The position numbers were made by a program, and so were the translations under genes. A stretch of DNA of 32,000 bases from Geobacter metallireducens GS-15 (GTDB taxonomy: Bacteria; Desulfobacterota; Desulfuromonadia; Geobacterales; Geobacteraceae). Positions 9,902-17,901 of this stretch are shown in pieces. The stretch covers positions 930,001 through 962,000 of the forward strand of contig NC_007517.1 in NCBI RefSeq assembly GCF_000012925.1. Direction: 5' to 3'. Each line of letters opens with the position of its first letter. The first letter of the stretch is position 1. The notes beneath the pieces are model-generated. The model ran no database searches, was not told the origin of the DNA, and saw only the letters and a program-made list of their open reading frames with translations.

Positions 9902-9967
9902 AGATTGCTCCATAAAAAAAGAGGGGGCTTCGGGCTTCCTCTCTATAAATCGTCCGGAGGTTACACA

Positions 9968-10288
9968 ATGTTCGGAGTTGCTTTTGCAATGGCTGCACAA
10001 CCGGGAGGAGCCCAGCCCGGCGGCGCCATGGGCGCTTTTCAGGCTATCCTGCCCCTCGTCTTCATGTTCGCCATCTTCTACTTCCTTCTGATCCGCCCCC
10101 AACAGAAGAAGGCCAAGGATCACCGCACGCTTCTCGATTCCCTCAAGAAGGGGGATCAGGTTGTTACCGCCGGCGGCATCCACGGGAAGGTGGGCGCCAT
10201 AGACGGCGACGTCGTGCTCCTCGAAATTGCCTCGGGGGTCACCATCAAGATTTCCAAGGGTTATATCGCCACCCTGAAGAAGGATTAG
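9968..10288 (+). CDS. yajC: Preprotein translocase subunit YajC
   Basis: LIRPQQKKAKDHRTLLDSLKKGDQVVTAGGIHGKV is the YajC signature. The ATG at 9968 is preceded by GGAGG. The ORF extends to 9905, which is unlikely to be the start. Confidence 0.85.
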   Translation: MFGVAFAMAAQPGGAQPGGAMGAFQAILPLVFMFAIFYFLLIRPQQKKAKDHRTLLDSLKKGDQVVTAGGIHGKVGAIDGDVVLLEIASGVTIKISKGYIATLKKD

Positions 10289-10319
10289 AACCTACGGGGA
10301 TCTGAAAGGAGCTTCGCGC

Positions 10320-11921
10320 ATGTCAAAGGGGCTTACCTGGCGCTTTGGCCTTATCCTGCTGTTCATTTTTCTGTCGGGTATCTACCTGACCCCGACCTTT
10401 GTGTCTCCCCTTCCGTCGTGGTGGAAAGGGCTTCTTCCCAAGGACCGGATCAACCTGGGGCTTGACCTTCAGGGGGGGACACACCTGGTGATGGAGGTGG
10501 AGATCCAGAAGGCGGTGGAGGGCGCCCTCGACCTCATCGCGAGCGATCTGGAAGACAGCCTTTCCGCCAAGACCATCCGGTTCAAGAAGATCGGGCGGAT
10601 CGCATCGGATCGGATCCAGCTCACGTTCTACGACCGGGGCACCGCCGACACGGTGCAGAAGATGGTCAAGGAGAAATATCCGACCCTGGAGCTCGTCCCT
10701 CCCTATGACGAGGGGGGATTCGTCAGCATGCAGCTCCGCATGGGTGAGAAGGAAGCCCAGGAGCGCAAGGACCGGGCCGTTGCCCAGGCACTTGAGACGA
10801 TCCGCAACCGGATAGACCAGTTCGGCGTTTCCGAGCCGGTCATTGCCCGGGAAGGGCTCACCCATATCGTGGTCCAGCTTCCGGGCATAAAAGACCCGAA
10901 GCGGGCCATCGAGCTCATCGGCCGGACGGCCCGGCTGGAGTTCAAGCTGGTTGACGAGACGGTCAATCCGGCCACGGCAACTCCCGGCACCATCCCCGAA
11001 GACTCCGAGCTCCTCATGGAGAAGAAGACCGACCCCACCACCGGCGCCGTAACCGAAATACCCCTGGTGGTCAAGAAAAAGGCGATGATTACCGGTGATC
11101 TCCTCACCAACGCCCAGGTCCGGATCGATTCCCAGTTCAACCAGCCCTACGTGGCGATCGAGTTCAACTCCACCGGCGCCCGCCTCTTCGACCAGGTAAC
11201 CGCCGCCAACGTGGGGAAACGTTTCGCCATTGTGCTCGATAACAATATCTACTCCGCGCCGGTGATCCGGGAGCGGATTTCGGGTGGCAGCGCCCAAATC
11301 TCCGGCTCGTTCTCCGAGAAAGAGGCCGCTGACCTGGCCATCGTACTCCGGGCGGGATCTCTCCCCGCACCGGTCAAGGTGATCCAGAACGAGACGGTTG
11401 GTCCTTCCCTGGGGCAGGACTCCATCACCAAGGGGCTGATGGCCGGTCTCGTGGGGGTGGCGCTCGTCGTTGTCTTCATGGCGATATACTATAAGCTCGC
11501 CGGCCTGGTGGCCAACTTCGGCATGGTGCTCAACGTGCTCTACCTCATGGGCGCCCTGGCGGCCCTAGGAGCGACCCTGACCCTGCCGGGCATCGCCGCC
11601 ATCGTCCTGCTGATCGGCATGTCCGTTGACTCCAACGTCCTCATCTTCGAACGGATCCGGGAGGAGATGCGGCTCGGCAAACCTCCCAAAGCGGCATTGG
11701 ATGCCGGCTATGACAAGGCGTTCCTGACCATCATGGACTCCCACGTGACGACGCTCATCACGGCCGCCGTCCTCTTCCAGTTCGGCACCGGACCGGTCAA
11801 GGGATTTGCCGTGTCGTTGAGCCTGGGGATTATCATCAACCTGTTCACCGCTCTCGTGGGCACCAAGTCAATTTTCGACTTCGCCCTTTCGCGCCTGCGG
11901 ATCAAGCGTCTGAGCATCTAG
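10320..11921 (+). CDS. secD: Protein translocase subunit SecD
   Basis: The protein has an N-terminal TM, a large periplasmic domain (LGLDLQGGTHLVMEV) and a C-terminal six-TM block. It occupies the conserved yajC-secD-secF position. Confidence 0.95.
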   Translation: MSKGLTWRFGLILLFIFLSGIYLTPTFVSPLPSWWKGLLPKDRINLGLDLQGGTHLVMEVEIQKAVEGALDLIASDLEDSLSAKTIRFKKIGRIASDRIQLTFYDRGTADTVQKMVKEKYPTLELVPPYDEGGFVSMQLRMGEKEAQERKDRAVAQALETIRNRIDQFGVSEPVIAREGLTHIVVQLPGIKDPKRAIELIGRTARLEFKLVDETVNPATATPGTIPEDSELLMEKKTDPTTGAVTEIPLVVKKKAMITGDLLTNAQVRIDSQFNQPYVAIEFNSTGARLFDQVTAANVGKRFAIVLDNNIYSAPVIRERISGGSAQISGSFSEKEAADLAIVLRAGSLPAPVKVIQNETVGPSLGQDSITKGLMAGLVGVALVVVFMAIYYKLAGLVANFGMVLNVLYLMGALAALGATLTLPGIAAIVLLIGMSVDSNVLIFERIREEMRLGKPPKAALDAGYDKAFLTIMDSHVTTLITAAVLFQFGTGPVKGFAVSLSLGIIINLFTALVGTKSIFDFALSRLRIKRLSI

Positions 11922-11930
11922 GGGGAGTCC

Positions 11931-12839
11931 ATGGAATTTATCGGCAAGACACATATCGATTTTATGGGGATGAAGAAGTTTTCCTTCGCCATTTCCATTG
12001 TCATAGCGATTCTCGGCATTATCGGCATCGTGCGGATTGCCCTCGGGACAGCCAACATGGGGATCGACTTCTCCGGAGGCACCGCCGTGCAGCTCAAATT
12101 CGCCCAGCCGGTGCATATCGACCGGGCCCGTGAGGCCTTGGCGAAGCACGGTATCCATGACGCCAACCTTCAGGAGCTCAAGACGGGGAACAAACTCCTC
12201 GTGAAGGTAGGGAAGACCTCACTCCCCCAGGGGAACGCGGCGGACCTGATCCAGACTGCCTTCCAGAAAGAGTTGACCGGCAATACCTTCGTGGTTGAAA
12301 GCTCCACCGAGATCGGCCCTGCCATCGGCGACAAGCTCCGCAAGGACACCCTGGTCGCCGTGGCCATCTCCATGATCGGCATCCTCATCTACATTGCCTG
12401 GCGGTTCGACTTTACCTTCGGCGTGGGAGCGCTCGTTGCAACGCTTCACGACGTCCTCGCCATGTTTGCCGTCTTTTTCCTCCTGGACAAGGAGGTCAAT
12501 CTCCTCTTCATTACGGCGGTCCTCACCATCGCCGGCTATTCACTCACCGATACCGTGGTCGTCTTTGACCGCATCCGGGAGAATCTCCATAAGAACACCA
12601 AGGATTCGCTGGAGACGATCTTCAACTTCAGCATCAACGAAGTCCTTTCCCGGACCATTATTACGGCACTTACCACCTTCCTGGCCGCCGGCTCCCTTTA
12701 CTTCTTCGGCGGCGAGGTTATCCATGACTTTGCCCTGGCCCTTGTGGTCGGCATCCTCGTCGGTGTCTACTCATCCGTGTTCGTGGCGAGTCCCATTGTC
12801 GAGGTCTGGGGGCGTCGTCCCAAGGCCAGCAAGGCTTGA
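11931..12839 (+). CDS. secF: Protein translocase subunit SecF
   Basis: MGIDFSGGT and a six-TM SecF pattern (DTVVVFDRIRE) are present. The gene follows secD after 9 nt. Confidence 0.93.
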   Translation: MEFIGKTHIDFMGMKKFSFAISIVIAILGIIGIVRIALGTANMGIDFSGGTAVQLKFAQPVHIDRAREALAKHGIHDANLQELKTGNKLLVKVGKTSLPQGNAADLIQTAFQKELTGNTFVVESSTEIGPAIGDKLRKDTLVAVAISMIGILIYIAWRFDFTFGVGALVATLHDVLAMFAVFFLLDKEVNLLFITAVLTIAGYSLTDTVVVFDRIRENLHKNTKDSLETIFNFSINEVLSRTIITALTTFLAAGSLYFFGGEVIHDFALALVVGILVGVYSSVFVASPIVEVWGRRPKASKA

Positions 12840-12854
12840 CGTCAAGAGGAGACG

Positions 12855-13454
12855 ATGATGAATAAGGAAACTGTGCTTTACGTGGTCATTGCGCTTCTTG
12901 TCGGCATCCTCGGCACCGTTCTCGTGGTCGGCGTGGTCAACAAGCAGAAACCTGCCCCGGCCACGGCAGGCATTCCCGCCGGCGGCGGATCTCCCGTCGA
13001 CTACCAGCAGCGGATTGCCGAGGCCGAGAAAGTCGTTGCCAACGATCCCAAGAACCTCCAGGCCTGGATCCAGCTGGGCAATGACTATTTCGACACCGAT
13101 CAGGCCCAGAAGGCTATCAACGCCTACGGCAAGGCCCTGGAGCTCGACCCGACCAACGCCAACGTACTTACTGACCAGGGGATCATGTTCAAGCGGGTCG
13201 GGTGGTTCGATAAGGCCATTGCCAACTTCGAGAAGGCGCAACAGCTCGATCCAAAACACCTGCAGAGTCTTTACAATCTCGGGGTTGTCTATATGAGCGA
13301 CCTGAAACAACCCGCCAAGGCGGTGAAATACTGGGAACGCTACCTTGAACTGGATCCCATGGGGCCCAACTCCCAGCAAATTCGGACGATGTTGGAGGAG
13401 GCCAAGGGGATGGCGCAGACCCCATCCCCCCAGGGGCAACTCTTCAGGAAGTGA
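12855..13454 (+). CDS. Membrane-anchored tetratricopeptide-repeat protein
   Basis: An N-terminal TM (VLYVVIALLVGILGTVLVVGVV) is followed by three or more TPR-like repeats (AWIQLGNDYFDTDQAQKAINAYGKALELDP...). Confidence 0.7.
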   Translation: MMNKETVLYVVIALLVGILGTVLVVGVVNKQKPAPATAGIPAGGGSPVDYQQRIAEAEKVVANDPKNLQAWIQLGNDYFDTDQAQKAINAYGKALELDPTNANVLTDQGIMFKRVGWFDKAIANFEKAQQLDPKHLQSLYNLGVVYMSDLKQPAKAVKYWERYLELDPMGPNSQQIRTMLEEAKGMAQTPSPQGQLFRK

Positions 13455-13471
13455 TTTGACGGCATCGAATT

Positions 13472-13494
13472 CCCCGCTTCGGCGGGGTTTTTTT
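13472..13494 (+). terminator. Rho-independent terminator after the TPR gene
   Basis: CCCCGC-TTCG-GCGGGG followed by TTTTTTT, 18 nt after the stop codon. Confidence 0.75.
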
Positions 13495-13525
13495 GTGGCC
13501 ATTGTGCGAGGTGGGGTGGCAGAGA

Positions 13526-15262
13526 ATGAAAGCGGTTGCCGAAAAGCGATGGGAGTTACGGACCAATGACAAGGAGGCTGCGCAGAGAATTGCCTCGGAC
13601 TCTTCGGTCGACCCCTTCCTGGCAGCGCTGCTCGCCAACCGGGGCATCGCGGATGGCGAATCCGCGCGCCGCTTTCTTTCCTCTTCCCTGGGGGACGTGA
13701 GCGATCCCTTCCTTCTGAAGGGAATGGAAGAGGCAGTTGCCCGCCTCTGTGCGGCACGGGCACGACGTGAAACTGTGTGCGTCTACGGCGATTATGATGT
13801 GGATGGGATTACTGCCACGGCATTGCTGGTAAGCTTTTTTCGTGCGGTTGGTATCCGCTGCTTCTATCATATTCCGAAACGCCTCGAAGAGGGATACGGC
13901 CTTTCGGTGGACGGCCTGCGCAAGGTGGCCGAGCAGGCGCAGGTTGTCGTTACGGTCGACTGTGGGGTGAATGCCGTGGCCGAGGCGGAACTCTGCCTTA
14001 CGTTAGGGGTTGACCTCGTCATCACCGACCACCACACCCCTGGTCCGGCCATCCCGAAAGCCTGTGCCGTTATCAATCCACTTCAGCCGGGCTGTTCCTA
14101 TCCCTTTAAATCCCTTGCAGGCGTGGGCGTCGCTTTTAACGTGATGGTCGCCCTTCGGGGGCGTCTCAGGGCGGAAGGGGCATTCGCCGGAGGAAACGGA
14201 CCGAATCTGCGGGAATACCTCGACCTCGTCGCCCTCGGAACCATTGCCGATGTGGTTCCTCTCGTGGGAGAGAACCGGATATTCGTTAAATATGGGCTCC
14301 GGGAACTTTCCGCTTCGTCGCGGGTTGGAGTGAAGGCCCTTAAGGATGTGGCGGGAGTCACCGGCGCCGTGAGTTGTGGTGCTGTCGGCTTCAGGCTTGC
14401 ACCGCGACTTAACGCAGCCGGCAGAATGGAGGATGCCGCTGCCGGGGTTGAACTTCTCCTTGAGACCGAGCCTGGCCGTGCCGCGGCCATTGCCGCGGAA
14501 CTGGATGCGAATAACGACGAGCGCCAGGCCCTGGAGCGGCAGATTCTGACGGACGCCCTGGGACGGGTTCAAGGGAATACCGCCATGGAGGGGAGAAAAA
14601 GTATCGTTCTCGCCTCCGCTGCGTGGCATCCGGGGGTCATCGGGATCGTTGCCTCGCGAATGGTCGATCTCTTCCATCGTCCGACCGTGCTCATTGCTCT
14701 GCAGGAAGGAAACGGCCGGGGATCGGGGCGCAGTATTCCGGGCTTTCACCTCTACGATGCCCTCGGCGCCTGCGCCGACCAACTCGTGAAGTTCGGCGGG
14801 CACCGTTACGCTGCCGGGCTTTCAATTGATGAGCCAACGCTGGAACTGTTCGTGGACCGCTTCGAAGAAGTTGCTGCGGGGTTGCTGTCCGCCGACGACC
14901 TGATACCGGTGCTCCGCGTGGATGCTGTACTCTCGGCCCAGCAGGTGACAGCTGGTCTGGCGGACGCGCTTTCGTCCCTGGAGCCCTTCGGCGCGGGAAA
15001 TCCCGAACCGCTGTTCGTGCTGAAAGATATGGAGATCGTGCGGCGGTGGGCCGTTCGCGGCAACCATCTCAAAGTACGGCTTTCTGGTGGAGGATTCACT
15101 TTTGACGCCATTGGTTTTAATCTTGCAACGAAGGAGGACAGCTTGCCAGATCTCGTGGATATCGTTTTTACGCTCGGCTGGAACGAGTGGAACGGCCGCA
15201 AAACCCTGCAACTGAGCCTCAAGGACATCAGGGAGTCCGGTCAGGTGCTTGAGCCATGCTGA
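13526..15262 (+). CDS. recJ: Single-stranded-DNA-specific exonuclease RecJ
   Basis: DHH motifs (VYGDYDVDGITA, VDCG, ITDHH) and a DHHA1 region (GGHRYAAG) are present. I chose the ATG at 13526 because the ORF's upstream extension (13493) overlaps the terminator T-tract. Confidence 0.92.
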   Translation: MKAVAEKRWELRTNDKEAAQRIASDSSVDPFLAALLANRGIADGESARRFLSSSLGDVSDPFLLKGMEEAVARLCAARARRETVCVYGDYDVDGITATALLVSFFRAVGIRCFYHIPKRLEEGYGLSVDGLRKVAEQAQVVVTVDCGVNAVAEAELCLTLGVDLVITDHHTPGPAIPKACAVINPLQPGCSYPFKSLAGVGVAFNVMVALRGRLRAEGAFAGGNGPNLREYLDLVALGTIADVVPLVGENRIFVKYGLRELSASSRVGVKALKDVAGVTGAVSCGAVGFRLAPRLNAAGRMEDAAAGVELLLETEPGRAAAIAAELDANNDERQALERQILTDALGRVQGNTAMEGRKSIVLASAAWHPGVIGIVASRMVDLFHRPTVLIALQEGNGRGSGRSIPGFHLYDALGACADQLVKFGGHRYAAGLSIDEPTLELFVDRFEEVAAGLLSADDLIPVLRVDAVLSAQQVTAGLADALSSLEPFGAGNPEPLFVLKDMEIVRRWAVRGNHLKVRLSGGGFTFDAIGFNLATKEDSLPDLVDIVFTLGWNEWNGRKTLQLSLKDIRESGQVLEPC

Positions 15263-16155
15263 GGGAAGAGCGTTTCAATAAAGCTGACCGTATTATCGCG
15301 GTCGGATTCTGGGCCAACGCAGGGCTCATGATCATGAAACTCCTGGCCGGCTATTTCGGGAAATCGGAAGCGGTGTTTGCCGATGGCCTGGAGAGCGCCT
15401 GTGATTTCATTGCGATTCTCTCCACGATGATTGCGCTTAAGGTCGGACGTCAACCATTCGACCCGAAACATCCCTACGGGCACGGCAAAGCGGAGAGCAT
15501 CGCGGCAGTCCTTGTTTCGCTGGTCATCTTTTCAACGGGCATAGGGATTCTTGTTAAGGCCGTCCACACCATTATGGACCGCACCTATCAGACCCCTGAT
15601 CTGATTGCGGTGCTTGCTGCTCTTGTCACCATTGCGGTCAAGGAATGGTTGTACCGCTACACGGTATCGACCGGAAAGCATCTTGAGAGCCCCGCACTGG
15701 CGGCGGTTGCCAAGGATCATCGCAAGGATGCTGTGACGTCCATCGCCACCCTCGTTGGCGTCTTCGGCGCCTACCTGGGGGCCGGCGTCATGGATCCCCT
15801 GGCCGCCGGACTCACGGCGTTCTTCATTTTTCACATCGGCTATGAAACATGCATGGGAGCCATCCATGACCTCATGGATGGCCTCCCCTCCGGTGATCTT
15901 ATCCAATCGATCTCCGAAGTGGCCGAAGCGGTTGACGGAGTGGAGCACGTCCATGAAATCCGGGGGAGGAGATCGGGCCAGTACATCATTATTGATCTCA
16001 AACTCGATATGGACCCAGAGATGACCGTCAAGCGCTCCCATGACATCGCCACAACGGTTAAGCGGCTTATTTTCGAGCAATTCCCCAATGTGGGAGACGT
16101 GATGATCCACATTAATCCCCATGACGAAGAACATGAGGATCTGATCAGGCTGTAA
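15256..16155 (+). CDS. Cation diffusion facilitator family transporter
   Basis: The protein has six TMs, the CDF motifs (ADGLESACD, HRKDAVTS) and a C-terminal cytoplasmic domain (VHEIRGRRSG...IDLKL). It overlaps the recJ stop by 7 nt. Confidence 0.88.
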   Translation: MLREERFNKADRIIAVGFWANAGLMIMKLLAGYFGKSEAVFADGLESACDFIAILSTMIALKVGRQPFDPKHPYGHGKAESIAAVLVSLVIFSTGIGILVKAVHTIMDRTYQTPDLIAVLAALVTIAVKEWLYRYTVSTGKHLESPALAAVAKDHRKDAVTSIATLVGVFGAYLGAGVMDPLAAGLTAFFIFHIGYETCMGAIHDLMDGLPSGDLIQSISEVAEAVDGVEHVHEIRGRRSGQYIIIDLKLDMDPEMTVKRSHDIATTVKRLIFEQFPNVGDVMIHINPHDEEHEDLIRL

Positions 16156-16164
16156 CGGTTGCAA

Positions 16165-16225
16165 TTGACATTGTCATGCTATTATGGATATTGATGACAA
16201 CTTAATTTACGTGCCGTAGTTGTCA
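16165..16225. promoter_or_regulatory. Cluster of TGACA/TGTCA half-sites upstream of the 494-aa gene
   Basis: TGACA-T-TGTCA lies at 16166-16176. TGACAAC (16195-16201), a 17-nt spacer, then GTTGTCA (16219-16225) forms a second inverted repeat. Both sit in an A+T-rich 116-nt spacer. Confidence 0.3.
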
Positions 16226-16271
16226 ATGTCGCTATCTGACTCATGCCAGTGACGGACACTCAGGGAATACG

Positions 16272-17756
16272 ATGATAACGATACTTTTCATCTCCGACGA
16301 TACTCGGGTTCCTGACCTCATTGCCCGGGTGCAGTCCCAGCTCAAGGCCAGAATGAGGCTCGCTACCGATTTCGATCAGGGGCTCAAGGAGGTATTTGAC
16401 AACAGGCCCTCTGCAGTCTTCATCCAGGGTGACATCTCGGGAATCTCCGGTGAGACCGTTGCGCGCCACATAAAAACCCTCCTCCGTGGTGATGCACCCC
16501 GCATTGTGCTCATACATACAGCACCCCTGCCGACGCAGGGAGTGAAAAAATGGTTCGATGATGCAATCGATTTCTCTCTGCCGCAGGCGGAGCTTGCTGA
16601 TCAATTTAAGCTTCGGCTGATGGAGATTGCCCCCGATCTCCGCATTGAAACGAATGACGTGCCGACTCGTCATGCTGGAAACGTCGCCGCTGCTGCCCCT
16701 AATGTGTCGGACCACCCTGCACCTTCTCATGGAGAGGCTGAACCCTTTGATTGGGAGGCGCCCGGGGATGCCGTTCCCCATGCCGTTCAGCCACCCTGTC
16801 ATCAGGCGCACTCCGAAGTTGAGGAGAGGGATGAAAGCGATTCTTTGCCGGATGTCTCGCAGGTTCTGGTCGGCAGGGGAGCGGCAACAACCGGCCCTGG
16901 GATGCCTTCGCCAGGGTCCGAACTTCGGAACGTGATGCCGTCGATTATCGAAGAGTCCGCCACCACCCAGTCTACCTTTTCGGAACAGATTCCCTCGACC
17001 CCGGCCACCCCTTCTCCGCCACTGACTCCACTGCGCGAAGCGGAGCCGAAGCCAGCCCCTTTACGTCAACCTTCTCCGCTTCAAGCGGTCGAATCTTCCC
17101 GTGAGAGAACCGCCGCCTCCATGGCCGACTTCAGCGCAGAGATGACTAAAGAGGCAAAGGCGGAGTGGGTGACCATTCCTCCGCCGGACCGGGAACTCGG
17201 AGGGGCGACAGGACAGCGTCTCACCGTATGGGCTGCCGCCATTGTGGTGCTCCTCCTTGGCGCGATGGTGGGCGGGGCTTTACTGCTGAAGGGAGAAGGG
17301 AATAAGAAAAAACCTTCCCCGAAACCGGAAGCAATGCAAACGGCCCCGACCCGGACTTCGCCTGCGCCGGCCCCTCCCGCAAAGGCGATCCCTCTGAAGA
17401 CTACCCCCGCGGCGCTTCCTTCTTTTATCCCCGCATCGGGGAAGGATGAGGGTTTTGGTAAGGTCCATCCCGGTTGGGAGCGATATCTCGGCAGGGGAAC
17501 AGAGTACCGTCTATTCCGTGAGAACGGCCGCCTGAAGGCGGTGCAGGTCATTGCCCTCCGTGGCACTGCTGTCCCCGATACCCTCGTTGTTGCCGTTGTC
17601 AGGGAATTGACGGGGAGCGAACGCCTCGGCGCAGTATCGTCCCAGACAAAAAAGGGGGGGTACCTGCGTCAGGTAGGCAAGGTTGACGGAAAGGGCGAGG
17701 TCGTCATCTACCGCAAAGGAGGGGGCGTCCGGGGGGTTGTTGTAACCCTCAACTGA
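16272..17756 (+). CDS. Hypothetical bitopic membrane protein: degenerate CheY-like N-terminal domain, Pro-rich linkers, one TM, C-terminal domain of unknown function
   Basis: The 494-aa ORF has AGGGA upstream. Aa 1-120 are receiver-like (DD9-10, D54, T83, but L103-P104 where K-P is expected). Aa 125-315 are Pro/Ser/Ala-rich. The TM spans aa 317-339, followed by KKKPSPKPE...PAPAPP and then a beta-rich C-terminal part of about 110 aa. Confidence 0.7.
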   Translation: MITILFISDDTRVPDLIARVQSQLKARMRLATDFDQGLKEVFDNRPSAVFIQGDISGISGETVARHIKTLLRGDAPRIVLIHTAPLPTQGVKKWFDDAIDFSLPQAELADQFKLRLMEIAPDLRIETNDVPTRHAGNVAAAAPNVSDHPAPSHGEAEPFDWEAPGDAVPHAVQPPCHQAHSEVEERDESDSLPDVSQVLVGRGAATTGPGMPSPGSELRNVMPSIIEESATTQSTFSEQIPSTPATPSPPLTPLREAEPKPAPLRQPSPLQAVESSRERTAASMADFSAEMTKEAKAEWVTIPPPDRELGGATGQRLTVWAAAIVVLLLGAMVGGALLLKGEGNKKKPSPKPEAMQTAPTRTSPAPAPPAKAIPLKTTPAALPSFIPASGKDEGFGKVHPGWERYLGRGTEYRLFRENGRLKAVQVIALRGTAVPDTLVVAVVRELTGSERLGAVSSQTKKGGYLRQVGKVDGKGEVVIYRKGGGVRGVVVTLN

Positions 17757-17861
17757 GGCATGATGCCCCGGGATAATCAATGCCTGCCCCTGTTTTTGCG
17801 GCCTGAGCTTTACAGCTGCATTTTTGCGGCGATACACGGGGGAGCTTTTTTCTGTTCTTCC

Positions 17862-17886
17862 TATAATAATTTTGTACAAGTACTTG
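17862..17886 (+). promoter_or_regulatory. Candidate -10 box plus palindromic site upstream of the LysM gene
   Basis: A perfect TATAAT lies at 17862-17867, with a poor -35. A perfect 10-bp palindrome CAAGTACTTG lies at 17877-17886, between the -10 and the ATG at 17902. Confidence 0.3.
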
Positions 17887-17901
17887 AAAACGGGAGATGC
17901 A

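Noticed and set aside
9902-9967. A hairpin-like GC-rich segment after tgt (AAAAAAAGAGGGGGCTTCGGGCTTCCTCTC) as a terminator.
   Set aside because: The stem is short and imperfect, and the homopolymer run precedes the hairpin rather than following it on the coding strand. On the opposite strand there is no gene to terminate.
17824-17901. N-terminal extensions offered by the ORF track: the LysM gene from 17824, aroA from 23322, pheA from 21442, yajC from 9905, cysE from 29275, cmk from 24752 and recJ from 13493.
   Set aside because: The extensions overlap upstream genes, terminators or A+T-rich promoter-like DNA. They lack an RBS and add residues unlike the family N-termini. Internal starts with an RBS give canonical protein lengths.
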